Assembly (NCBI GenBank): GCA_017415765.1
Contig: JAFQED010000032.1
Span: 4,709 to 68,708, forward strand
Direction of reading: 5' to 3'
Length of the DNA stretch: 64,000 nt
Origin: Desulfovibrio sp.
GTDB taxonomy: Bacteria; Desulfobacterota; Desulfovibrionia; Desulfovibrionales; Desulfovibrionaceae
Position numbers and translations under genes: made by a program. The notes beneath the pieces are model-generated. The model saw only the letters and a list, made by a program, of their open reading frames with translations. It did not search any database and was not told where the DNA came from. Every line of letters starts with the position of its first letter. Within the stretch, counting starts at the first letter, position 1. Below are positions 8,579 through 16,634 of this stretch, in pieces.

Positions 8579-9699
8579 ACGTCCATCCTGTCACCGGGCC
8601 GCGCACTCACGCCAGCAGTCTCAAGGGTAGCCATATCATTGAAAATGGCGGCTGCCGCACGCAGCAACTGCCAGGCCAGGACAGCTCCCGTACCCTCACC
8701 TAGGCGTAGTCCCAGTTGCAGCAGGGGGGCCTGCTTGCCTTGGGCCAGACATTCCATGACTGCGGCATGGCCGGGTTCGGCCGAGGTGTGGGACAAAATA
8801 GTGTAATCAGCCAGAGTAGGGGCCAGGTGCAGACCCACTGCCCAGGCTGCCCCGCAAATAAAGCCATCCACCAGAACGGGCAGACGCTCCATGCCCGCAC
8901 CAAGGAGGATGCCGCAGATGACGGCTATCTCCAGCCCCCCCAGCGCGGCAAGGATCCCCAGGGGATCTTTGCCGGTAATGGCTGTGGAGTGAAGTGTCAA
9001 TGCCTGCCTGATGACTCCTATCTTATGGCGCACCATCTCTGGCTGCGCACCGGCCCCCGGCCCTGTCACATCTTCGGGGGAAAGCCCCAGCAGGGCACAG
9101 TAAAGCGCGGTAGCCGATGTGGTGTTGCCAATGCCCATCTCACCCACTGCCAGGCAGGAATAGCCCTGTCTGGCAGCTTCCCGTGCCAGCTCCATACCCT
9201 TGTGCACGGCCTTCAGGCACATTTCGGGACTCATGGCAGGGCCTTGGCTCAGGTCATCCGTGCCTTCAGCAAGGCGGCAGTCACGCAGCATCGCATGCGG
9301 GGGGAACGGCCCACCGATACAGCCGGCATCCACCACCCGCAGATCCATACCTGCGCACGCACACAGCGCGTTGACCGCAGCCCCTCCCTGCAAAAAATTC
9401 TGCACCATTTGACGGGTGACTGCCTGTGGAAAGGGGGATACCCGCCGGACGGCCACACCATGGTCTGCGGCCACGGTCAGCATCAGGGCCGGGCTGACCA
9501 GTAAGGGCATCTGCCCCTGACGGATGGCATAAAGGCGGCTGGCCAGATCCTCAAGCCTGCCAAGGCTGCCCTGTGGTTTGGTCAGACTGTCCAGGCGTTG
9601 CTGTGCCTGCCGAAACCAACGCTCTTCCAACGGAGGCAATAGGCAACCGGGAAAATACTGCTGCAGCCAGTTTGGGGAATTCCCTGCTTTCCTGTCCAT
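8575..9699 (-). CDS. cobT: Nicotinate-nucleotide--dimethylbenzimidazole phosphoribosyltransferase
   Basis: LDSLTKPQGSLGRLEDLA, GEMGIGNTT and GLRLGEGTGA blocks typical of CobT. Full length, about 374 aa. Confidence 0.9.
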   Translation of the reverse strand: MDRKAGNSPNWLQQYFPGCLLPPLEERWFRQAQQRLDSLTKPQGSLGRLEDLASRLYAIRQGQMPLLVSPALMLTVAADHGVAVRRVSPFPQAVTRQMVQNFLQGGAAVNALCACAGMDLRVVDAGCIGGPFPPHAMLRDCRLAEGTDDLSQGPAMSPEMCLKAVHKGMELAREAARQGYSCLAVGEMGIGNTTSATALYCALLGLSPEDVTGPGAGAQPEMVRHKIGVIRQALTLHSTAITGKDPLGILAALGGLEIAVICGILLGAGMERLPVLVDGFICGAAWAVGLHLAPTLADYTILSHTSAEPGHAAVMECLAQGKQAPLLQLGLRLGEGTGAVLAWQLLRAAAAIFNDMATLETAGVSARPGDRMDV

Positions 9700-9832
9700 G
9701 CTGTCTTGTATCCTGTCAGGGCATATGGTGCAAGAGCTTGACTCCCACCGGGCCGGGGCTTATCTGGCAGGGGATCAATCTGAGCCTCAAATAAACAACT
9801 ATATAGTTTTTGCAACCTCACAGGAAAAACAT

Positions 9833-11188
9833 ATGCTCAAGCTGCCTGCCCTGTTTTATCGCATATCCTTCGCTGTCATTTGTCTGGCCCTTTTGGGGGG
9901 CTTGCCGATGGCCGGGCCACTTGTGGCCGCACCTGCCCCTGACAGCCCCCGCCTGACCCCGGTGGTGCGTACCGTGCAGCAGGTGGCCCCGGCCGTTGTC
10001 AACATTACAAGTACCCGAATCATTGAAAGTTTGCAGCCCAACCCACTGGAGCTGTTTTTTGGGCCAGGTTTTGATTTTGCCCCCGGGAGAGCGCAAAAGC
10101 AAAAACGTGTTAGTCTTGGTTCTGGCGTTATCGTGGATGGGGCGCGTGGCCTTGTGCTGACCAATGCTCACGTCATCACGGGCAGCACCGAAGTTATGGT
10201 ACATTTGCTGGATGGTCGCCAGTTTGCTGCTGTGGTCAAAGGGGCCGAGCCGGATTTTGACGTTGCCGTGCTTGCCATCAAGGGGGCGCACGACCTGCCA
10301 GCGGTGACTCTTGGGGACTCCACGGATATCATGCCCGGCGAGACTGTTATTGCCATCGGCAACCCCTTTGGCTTCAATCACACGGTCACCACGGGGGTGG
10401 TTTCTGCCCTTGACCGCACCATCCGTAACGGCAATGGGGTTTTTACCAATCTCATCCAGACAGACGCTGCCATCAACCCTGGCAACAGCGGCGGCCCCCT
10501 GTTGAATATGGAAGGTGCGCTCATTGGTATCAATACCGCTGTAGATGCGCGGGCAGAGGGCATCGGCTTTGCCATCCCGGTAAACAAGGCCCGTCGGGTC
10601 ATGGCTGATCTGATGAAAACAGGTCGGGTGGCTCCTCTCTGGCTGGGGATAATGGGCGAGGATCTGGACAGGCGTATGGCGGCAGCCCTTGATCTGAAAG
10701 ATGTCCACGGTTTGCTGGTGACTTCTGTTGCAGAAGGCAGTCCGGCAGCTTTGGCAGGTATCGTACCGGGGGACATTGTTGAAAGTATCAATGGCTCTTC
10801 CCTGCGAGATCGGCGTGACTATGTCAATCTGCTCCGCAACCAGACCCGTGATAGCAAAGTATCGCTGGGTTTGCTCCGCAACGGGCAGCGGGAAGGACTG
10901 AGCCTGCGCCCCGTTCCTTTTGACAATGCCACGGTCACGCAGTTGATGGAAGAACGTTGGGGACTCAGCTTTGGGCCGGGTAAACGCGGCTTGGTCGTCA
11001 CAAAAGTACGTGCCGATGGCCCGGCAGATTTTTTGCGCCGGGGGGATATAGTCACAGCCGTGGGGGGAACTGCCATCAAAACCATGGATGAGTTGCTGGA
11101 CATTTTTCGCAAGGAACGGTTGGCCAGCCAGATACTCTTGCAGGTGCTGCGCAATGGACGCGGCTATTATGCCCGCCTTGTGTTGTAA
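9833..11188 (+). CDS. Periplasmic serine endoprotease DegP/HtrA family with PDZ domains
   Basis: Catalytic triad contexts TNAHVI, DVAVL, GNSGGPLLN. N-terminal signal/anchor MLKLPALFYRISFAVICLALLGG. The ORF-track start at 9578 was rejected. Confidence 0.9.
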   Translation: MLKLPALFYRISFAVICLALLGGLPMAGPLVAAPAPDSPRLTPVVRTVQQVAPAVVNITSTRIIESLQPNPLELFFGPGFDFAPGRAQKQKRVSLGSGVIVDGARGLVLTNAHVITGSTEVMVHLLDGRQFAAVVKGAEPDFDVAVLAIKGAHDLPAVTLGDSTDIMPGETVIAIGNPFGFNHTVTTGVVSALDRTIRNGNGVFTNLIQTDAAINPGNSGGPLLNMEGALIGINTAVDARAEGIGFAIPVNKARRVMADLMKTGRVAPLWLGIMGEDLDRRMAAALDLKDVHGLLVTSVAEGSPAALAGIVPGDIVESINGSSLRDRRDYVNLLRNQTRDSKVSLGLLRNGQREGLSLRPVPFDNATVTQLMEERWGLSFGPGKRGLVVTKVRADGPADFLRRGDIVTAVGGTAIKTMDELLDIFRKERLASQILLQVLRNGRGYYARLVL

Positions 11189-11342
11189 ACAGGCACCATC
11201 CATCGTTTCCTGTACGGACTGTGCATTGCCGGATTTCGGACAAGGTACTTGACAGGCGCAGGGGGTAGAGCTATGCCAATGAAAAGCGGCACTTGCCGTC
11301 TCTGCACAAGCAGAAGAAACGCTAGTCTTTTTGGAGGACGCA

Positions 11343-11531
11343 ATGGGTTACAATGTGAATGTTGACACTGACAAGTGCGTGGGCTGTGGTGAATGTGTAG
11401 ACGTCTGCCCTGTGGAAGTCTATGAAATCAAGGACGGCAAGTCTGATCCCGTCAATGCGGAAGAATGCCTGGGCTGCGAGTCCTGTGTGGAAGTTTGTGA
11501 ACCCGGTGCCATCACTGTTGAAGAAGCCTAG
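11343..11531 (+). CDS. Small 4Fe-4S ferredoxin
   Basis: 62 aa, CVGCGECVDVCP and CLGCESCVEVCEP motifs. GGAGGA SD before ATG 11343. Confidence 0.9.
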   Translation: MGYNVNVDTDKCVGCGECVDVCPVEVYEIKDGKSDPVNAEECLGCESCVEVCEPGAITVEEA

Positions 11532-11696
11532 TATCTGCAGGGCGTAATCCTGGTAAGCCCATTGGGTACTGCCGGACACGCCGCACGATGTTTGCCGCCG
11601 GACAGCTATGTCTGGCGGCTTTCTATATCTTGCCCCCAAGGCCATTCAAGGGTAGGATGTGCGGGATTTTTTTATTTTGTCAAAAACAGGATTGCC

Positions 11697-12365
11697 ATGA
11701 TTCCCGACCTGAGCCCAATTTTTGCCAGCTACGAAAGTCTGCGGGACGAGGCAGACAAACTTTTTGCCCGCATCCGGCAAGACTTTCCCCAGTGCGTTAC
11801 CTGCAAGGAAGGCTGTAGCGACTGCTGCCATGCCCTCTTCGACCTTTCGCTGGTAGAAGCCATGTATATCAATCGCGCTTTTGAGCAGGCCTTCCCGCAC
11901 GGGCCGCAACGCTCGGCCATCCTGAGCCGTGCCTCCGAGACAGACCGCCACCTTACCCGCCTCAAACGTGATCTGTACCGTGCAGAAAAGGCTGGGGAAA
12001 GCCCTGCTGCCATCATGGACAGGGCGGCCCAGATCCGCTTGCGCTGCCCATTGCTGGATGACGATGACCGTTGTCTGCTTTATGATGCGCGCCCCATCAC
12101 CTGCCGTGTATATGGTGTGCCCACAGCCATTGCCGGGCGGGGCCATGTTTGCGGTTTCTCTGCATTTGAGCAGGGGCAAGGATACCCCACTGTATATCTC
12201 GATAAGCTGCATTCTCGCCTGGAAGTCTTGAGCAAGGATTTGGGTAAGGCCGTGAACAGTCGTTTTAGTGAACTGCACGAGACCTATGTGCCACTCTCCA
12301 TGGCACTCATAACCCGCTATGACGAATCCTATCTGGGTATTGGCCCAGCCCGGGCGGAGCGTTAG
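11697..12365 (+). CDS. YkgJ-family (UPF0153) cysteine-cluster protein
   Basis: CVTCKEGCSDCCH motif plus the downstream CPLLDDDDRCLLYDARPITCRVYG block typical of the family. Confidence 0.75.
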   Translation: MIPDLSPIFASYESLRDEADKLFARIRQDFPQCVTCKEGCSDCCHALFDLSLVEAMYINRAFEQAFPHGPQRSAILSRASETDRHLTRLKRDLYRAEKAGESPAAIMDRAAQIRLRCPLLDDDDRCLLYDARPITCRVYGVPTAIAGRGHVCGFSAFEQGQGYPTVYLDKLHSRLEVLSKDLGKAVNSRFSELHETYVPLSMALITRYDESYLGIGPARAER

Positions 12366-12367
12366 CC

Positions 12368-12760
12368 ATGTATCGGCATATCCCGGCCACGGTCTTTCGC
12401 GATGGAACTCCGCAGGAGCTGAATGACGAACAGGAGCAGCTCAAGCGCGAAATCTACGAAAAGATGAGTCCGCGCCGTCGCAAGTTTGTTGACCGCATCG
12501 GTTACGAAAACTGGGATCCCTTCCAGAAGCCCAATGAGCCGTTGGATATGCGGATGGACGTAACCAGGCGTACCACGCAGCAACTGGTAAGTGCCTTCCT
12601 GCGCGAAGCCGCCCGCCGCGGCCCCTATAGCAATGATTACGGCAAGGGCGCGTTGGAATGTGCGCTGGGTGTCGTCAACAGGGACGAAAAATATCAGGGA
12701 ATTTTTGATTTTTGCCTTTGGTATCATGAACTCCTGCAACAAGAGGGACTTATAGAATGA
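12368..12760 (+). CDS. Hypothetical protein (130 aa)
   Basis: ATG 3 nt after the preceding stop. The stop overlaps the next start (ATGA). Protein-like composition, no family recognised. Confidence 0.6.
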   Translation: MYRHIPATVFRDGTPQELNDEQEQLKREIYEKMSPRRRKFVDRIGYENWDPFQKPNEPLDMRMDVTRRTTQQLVSAFLREAARRGPYSNDYGKGALECALGVVNRDEKYQGIFDFCLWYHELLQQEGLIE

Positions 12761-13383
12761 AAGCACGCTATGACGATATCGATGAATACATTGCTGACCT
12801 GAAGGCAGAGATAGCCAGCAATGACCAGTGCGCCACCCACCACTACAATCTGGGTTTGGCCTTTCTGAGCAAACGGGATTTTGTTGCTGCCGAGGAAGCC
12901 CTGCTTGAAGCAGTACGCAATTCACCGCATCTGGCCGAAGCCTATGTCCAGTTAGGGGGGATATGTCTGGAGCGGGGGGATTTGGAAGGTTGTCTGCGCT
13001 ATAATGAAGAGGCTGCCAACTGCCGGGCGCGTTTTGCCATCCCGTGGAGCAATATCGGCTTCGTCCATATCCAGCGTGGCGAACCGGACAAGGCTATTAC
13101 TGCCCTGAACAAGGCCCTGAAGTGGGATCCCAAGTTTGTACAGGCCAAAAACTCCTTGGCTACAGCCCACTTCATGAAGGGAGACCTTGAAACGTGCGCC
13201 AAACTCTGCCGTGAGCTGCTGGAAAAGGAACCCGGCTTTGCTCCTGCCTGGAACAATCTTGCCCTTGCCCTGTTTGAGCAAAAAGACTACGCCGCCGCTA
13301 TCGATGCGGCAGACAAGGCCGCAGAACTGGGCTTTGATGTCCCTGAAGGCTTCCTTGAGGAGCTGAAGGCCCATCGGAGCTAG
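12757..13383 (+). CDS. Tetratricopeptide-repeat protein
   Basis: Repeated 34-aa TPR-like units (e.g. HHYNLGLAFLSKRDFVAAEEALLEAVRNSPHLAEAY, WNNLALALFEQKDYAAAIDAADKAAELG). Confidence 0.8.
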   Translation: MKARYDDIDEYIADLKAEIASNDQCATHHYNLGLAFLSKRDFVAAEEALLEAVRNSPHLAEAYVQLGGICLERGDLEGCLRYNEEAANCRARFAIPWSNIGFVHIQRGEPDKAITALNKALKWDPKFVQAKNSLATAHFMKGDLETCAKLCRELLEKEPGFAPAWNNLALALFEQKDYAAAIDAADKAAELGFDVPEGFLEELKAHRS

Positions 13384-13423
13384 ACTGGTTTCAAAAAAGT
13401 TTTACTTCAAAACTGTATTGCAA

Positions 13424-13480
13424 GGCCAAAAACGATATGGCTTATCTGGTGATAGCCTTACTCGTTTTTGGTCTTGTTTT
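13424..13480 (+). terminator. Long imperfect hairpin plus T-rich tail after the ferredoxin-TPR operon
   Basis: GGCCAAAAACGATATGGCTTATC / GATAGCCTTACTCGTTTTTGGTC arms (one bulge, a few mismatches) followed by TTGTTTTTG. Sits between convergent genes. Confidence 0.5.
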
Positions 13481-13519
13481 TGGGTGGGTATGCCGTACTG
13501 GCTTCAAATGGGTTGGGCA

Positions 13520-13798
13520 TCACTGGACATTTTTTATCAGCTCAACGACATCCTTCAGGACTTCGGTCAAGTAGGGGATATTCATACTGATAAGTTGTTT
13601 GAGAACTTTGTAGGCAATGGCCAGAACAATGGCTGTCCCTACTGTGAAGCCCAAACCTCGTGCAACACCTGAAAGAAAGTTCAGCCACAAGATTTTCCAT
13701 GTGCGCTGCGAGAGTTTGATATACTCCTCCAGACCACAGTTTTCCAGGCGGGTGGCAAGTTTTTCCAGTTCTGTTGTAGCACGCTTTTCATCGCTCAT
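13520..13798 (-). CDS. Small membrane protein (92 aa), unknown function
   Basis: MSDEKRATTELEKLATRLE... followed by a hydrophobic segment LWLNFLSGVARGLGFTVGTAIVLAIAY. Start chosen at ATG 13798. Confidence 0.6.
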   Translation of the reverse strand: MSDEKRATTELEKLATRLENCGLEEYIKLSQRTWKILWLNFLSGVARGLGFTVGTAIVLAIAYKVLKQLISMNIPYLTEVLKDVVELIKNVQ

Positions 13799-13827
13799 AT
13801 GGATTCCTGTGTTGGGCATAGGGGAAG

Positions 13828-13972
13828 GTAGAGCGAAATGCCATTGAAAATGGCATCGCTCTGGCGGACGCGCGAGCGGACGCCCGTGCCGTAAGCAAGC
13901 GGGAAAACCGCGCTTTTCCCGCGAAGCGTAGGCAGCGTATGGATTGAAACACAGAGTGTTTCAATCAGAAAA
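13828..13972 (+). repeat. Composite three-hairpin intergenic repeat element, copy A
   Basis: Hairpin 1 AGAGCGAAATGCCATT-gaaa-AATGGCATCGCTCT. GCGGACGC direct duplication. Hairpin 2 GCGGGAAAA-ccgcgc-TTTTCCCGC. Hairpin 3 GATTGAAACAC-aga-GTGTTTCAATC. Near-identical copy at 56988-57130. Confidence 0.85.
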
Positions 13973-14007
13973 TGCCTTAGTGCCTGGCACAACGTCAGTA
14001 ATGGAGG

Positions 14008-14044
14008 TTAGAGCGAACTGCCATTGAAAATGGCAGTCGCTCTG
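14008..14044 (+). repeat. Solo hairpin-1 module of the same repeat family, 7 nt downstream of the trpB stop
   Basis: TTAGAGCGAACTGCCATTGAAAATGGCAGTCGCTCTGA. Carries the CTGCC/GGCAG stem variant also seen at 56989. Confidence 0.8.
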
Positions 14045-14050
14045 ATCGAT

Positions 14051-15253
14051 TTACAGCCCGGCCAACTCGGCCACTTCTGCCACGTCCTTATCCCCCCGGC
14101 CAGACAGGCATACAAGGATATGGCTGTCCTGCGGCATGGTGGGGGCCAACTTGATGGCCTGCCCCAGCGCGTGGGAGGACTCCAACGCGGGGATGATGCC
14201 CTCACTGCGCGAAAGCAGGAAAAAAGCGTCCAAAGCCTCCTTGTCCGTAATACTGACGTATTCGGCACGGCCTGTATCTTTGAGCAGGGCGTGTTCCGGC
14301 CCTACCGAGGGATAATCCAGACCGGCAGAAATGGAATAGACCTCACCAGCCTCACCCTTGTCATCCTTGATCATATAGGAGTTGAAACCGTGCAGGATGC
14401 CCGGCTCACCCAGCGAGAGTGAGGCCGCGTGCTCGCCGTAGTTTGTGCCGCGACCGCCGGGTTCCACCCCCACCAGCCGCACCCCGGCATCATCCAGAAA
14501 GCCGGAGAACAGCCCAATGGCGTTGGAGCCACCCCCCACGCAGGCTACACAAACATCGGGCAGTTGTCCGGCAGCTTCCAACATTTGGGCGCGGGCCTCG
14601 CGTCCAATGACCGACTGGAAATGGCGCACCATGTACGGGTAGGGATGCGGCCCCACGGCCGAGCCAAGCACATAAAAAATGTCCGGGTCTGCCACCCAGG
14701 CGGTAAGGGCCTCGTCCACGGCCTCCTTCAGGGTACGCTGGCCGCTTTTGGCTGCTACCACTTCGGCTCCCAGCATTTTCATGCGGATAACGTTGAGGTG
14801 CTGGCGTTTGATATCCACCTCGCCCATGTAGATGGCGCACTTCAGGCCCAACAGGGCAGCCGTGGCAGCAGTGGCCACGCCGTGCTGTCCGGCCCCGGTC
14901 TCCGCAATGATACGGGTCTTGCCCATGCGTTTGGCCAGCAGGCATTGCCCAAGGGTATTGTTGATCTTGTGTGCACCCAGATGGTTCAAATCCTCGCGCT
15001 TGAGCCAGATTTGTGCCCCCCCCAGCCTTGCACTCAGGTTGGTGCAGTGGAAGACCGGATTGGGGCGGCCCGTATAATGGACAAAAAGACGTTCCAGCTC
15101 CTGCCCGAAAGCCGGGTCAGCCAAAGCGGCATCAAAGGCTGTAGCTACGTCGTCCAGCCGGGCTTTGAGGGCTTCGGACACAAACTGCCCGCCGTAGGGG
15201 CCAAAAAATCCATTGCTGTCGGGCTTGTTGCCCGGGGCAACATTCTGGCTCAT
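14051..15253 (-). CDS. trpB: Tryptophan synthase beta chain (TrpB1 type), stand-alone
   Basis: Collinear with E. coli TrpB over the full length: [16 protein letters not shown] (PLP lysine), [60 protein letters not shown]. Start at MSQNVAPG with GGAG SD. Confidence 0.95.
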   Translation of the reverse strand: MSQNVAPGNKPDSNGFFGPYGGQFVSEALKARLDDVATAFDAALADPAFGQELERLFVHYTGRPNPVFHCTNLSARLGGAQIWLKREDLNHLGAHKINNTLGQCLLAKRMGKTRIIAETGAGQHGVATAATAALLGLKCAIYMGEVDIKRQHLNVIRMKMLGAEVVAAKSGQRTLKEAVDEALTAWVADPDIFYVLGSAVGPHPYPYMVRHFQSVIGREARAQMLEAAGQLPDVCVACVGGGSNAIGLFSGFLDDAGVRLVGVEPGGRGTNYGEHAASLSLGEPGILHGFNSYMIKDDKGEAGEVYSISAGLDYPSVGPEHALLKDTGRAEYVSITDKEALDAFFLLSRSEGIIPALESSHALGQAIKLAPTMPQDSHILVCLSGRGDKDVAEVAELAGL

Positions 15254-15287
15254 GGCAATCTCCTTCTGCGCGATCATGGTAAGGATG

Positions 15288-15323
15288 AAAAAAAACGCCG
15301 CTTCCACTGGGGAAACGGCGTTT
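15288..15323 (-). terminator. Intrinsic terminator 34 nt upstream of the trpB start (candidate attenuator terminator)
   Basis: Minus strand reads AAACGCCG-tttccccagtggaag-CGGCGTTT followed by a run of T (8 T in total including stem T's). Confidence 0.7.
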
Positions 15324-15343
15324 ACACTGCATACGTTATCAGG

Positions 15344-15433
15344 CTATGCCCGCACGTCTCCCCTCCGCATGGATATGCGCCACCACCAACCCTGAAGGGC
15401 ATTGGAAGAGAGGGAAGAAGCGTGTTTGTACAT
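15344..15433 (-). CDS. Candidate trp leader peptide (29 aa) with three consecutive Trp codons
   Basis: ATG 15433; MYKHASSLSSNALQGWWWRISMRRGDVRA*; TGG TGG TGG at 15388-15380; TAG at 15346-15344. Lies between a sigma70-like promoter and the terminator, directly upstream of trpB. Confidence 0.6.
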   Translation of the reverse strand: MYKHASSLSSNALQGWWWRISMRRGDVRA

Positions 15434-15462
15434 ATGGATATACCTATCAGAAAATCATTGAT

Positions 15463-15491
15463 TTTTTACAGTACATACCCATGCGTGTCAA
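15463..15491 (-). promoter_or_regulatory. Sigma70-like promoter for the trp leader/trpB
   Basis: Minus strand TTGACA (15491-15486), 17-nt spacer, TAAAAA (15468-15463), about 30 nt upstream of the leader ATG. Confidence 0.45.
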
Positions 15492-15589
15492 GCCTCTCTT
15501 TGGACAGCAGGGTATCCAGTTTGAAATTGCAATTTGGGATATAAACAGAAATCATGGGCATTCCCGTATGATGGATACCGCCAAACAAG

Positions 15590-16633
15590 CTACTCAGATG
15601 TATCCGCGCTCTTGTCCATGTCCACAAACTGACCAAAGCCATCGGTGGCCAGGACTGATACGAGTAATTTGGTCATTTCGGCATCATAGCGTTGAGGATC
15701 GGCAGCCAGCTCTTTGGCTGCCTCCAGCGGTTGTTTGGCTGGTGCATGGGGACGTTGGCAAATCATGGCCGAAAAGGAGTCAGCAACGGCTGACAGGCGT
15801 CCCACCCGGCTGATTTGTCCACTCTTGGCTCGTTGGGGGTAGCCGGAGCCATCAAGGCGTTCATGGTGCTCAAAGCAGGCCCGCAGCAATTCCTCAAAGG
15901 CGATCTCAAGCTTCTGCATCACTTTGACCCCCAGCATGGGGTGCAGAAGTACCTTTTCCTTTTCTTCGGCCTTGAGTGGGCCAGCCTTCTGCAAAAGGAA
16001 GGCCGGAACCTTGCTCATGCCTATATCGTGCAGCAGCAGGGCCAGGGCAAGGCGGTCAAGATCCTTGCGGCGATATTCGCCTGTTATCTGCATCCAGAGC
16101 CACAGCCCAATGGAAAAGCTGTTGATGGCGTGACGCCCAGGAGAATGTTTGCGGAAAAGGCGACGCACAAAGGCATTGATGTGATGCTTGTCCTGCCAGA
16201 GGTATTCGGTCACCACCATGGTATCGCGATAGAGCGGCTCAAGAAGGCTTTTAACGGGCTGCTCATGGAACTCCGTATAGCGCATCAGCAGCGCACGGAT
16301 GCAGATGTCGGCGATCTCGGCTTCCTTGAGGTTGTGATCCTGCAGGACAAGATCCAACTGTTTTACAATATGTCGTGAGTAGATGGGGTGATCGGTACGG
16401 GACACGAAGAGGTCGCCTGTGGAACAGAGCTGGGCAACCTCTTCCACCTGTTCGTTGGACAGGCGCACGCCCTTGCGGGAATAGGGAGCCAGAACCCCAA
16501 TGTCATCGCGAAAGGTGAAAAGATCCACCGGGGGGCGATACTTGGGAAAGCTCGACAGGATTTCCGTGCTGATCTGGTAGTATTCCTCATTGATGTTTTG
16601 AGGAATCTCACGCGCCTGTTTCAGTGCTGCCAT
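15590..16633 (-). CDS. HD-GYP domain protein (probable cyclic-di-GMP phosphodiesterase)
   Basis: LLHDIGMSKVP (HD) and HHERLDGSGYPQ (GYP) motifs. ATG 16633 lies 1 nt after the pyk stop. An alternative GTG at 16669 would overlap pyk by 35 nt and has no SD. Confidence 0.85.
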   Translation of the reverse strand: MAALKQAREIPQNINEEYYQISTEILSSFPKYRPPVDLFTFRDDIGVLAPYSRKGVRLSNEQVEEVAQLCSTGDLFVSRTDHPIYSRHIVKQLDLVLQDHNLKEAEIADICIRALLMRYTEFHEQPVKSLLEPLYRDTMVVTEYLWQDKHHINAFVRRLFRKHSPGRHAINSFSIGLWLWMQITGEYRRKDLDRLALALLLHDIGMSKVPAFLLQKAGPLKAEEKEKVLLHPMLGVKVMQKLEIAFEELLRACFEHHERLDGSGYPQRAKSGQISRVGRLSAVADSFSAMICQRPHAPAKQPLEAAKELAADPQRYDAEMTKLLVSVLATDGFGQFVDMDKSADTSE

Positions 16634-16634
16634 G

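Noticed and set aside
9818-11203. 461-aa minus-strand ORF opposite degP/htrA
   Set aside because: Shadow ORF. The plus strand encodes an unambiguous HtrA protease (catalytic triad, PDZ domains).
15322-15402. Alternative short ORF in the trpB leader region (ATG at 15402: [26 protein letters not shown])
   Set aside because: It is in a different frame and reads the same nucleotides as GGT GGT GGC, so it has no Trp codons. It also runs into the terminator stem. The upstream ATG at 15433 gives the WWW frame and sits at a sensible distance from the promoter. Translation of this second frame cannot be excluded.
14429-15544. 371-aa plus-strand ORF opposite trpB and its leader region
   Set aside because: Shadow ORF antisense to a near-canonical TrpB. 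It also runs across the terminator and promoter elements.
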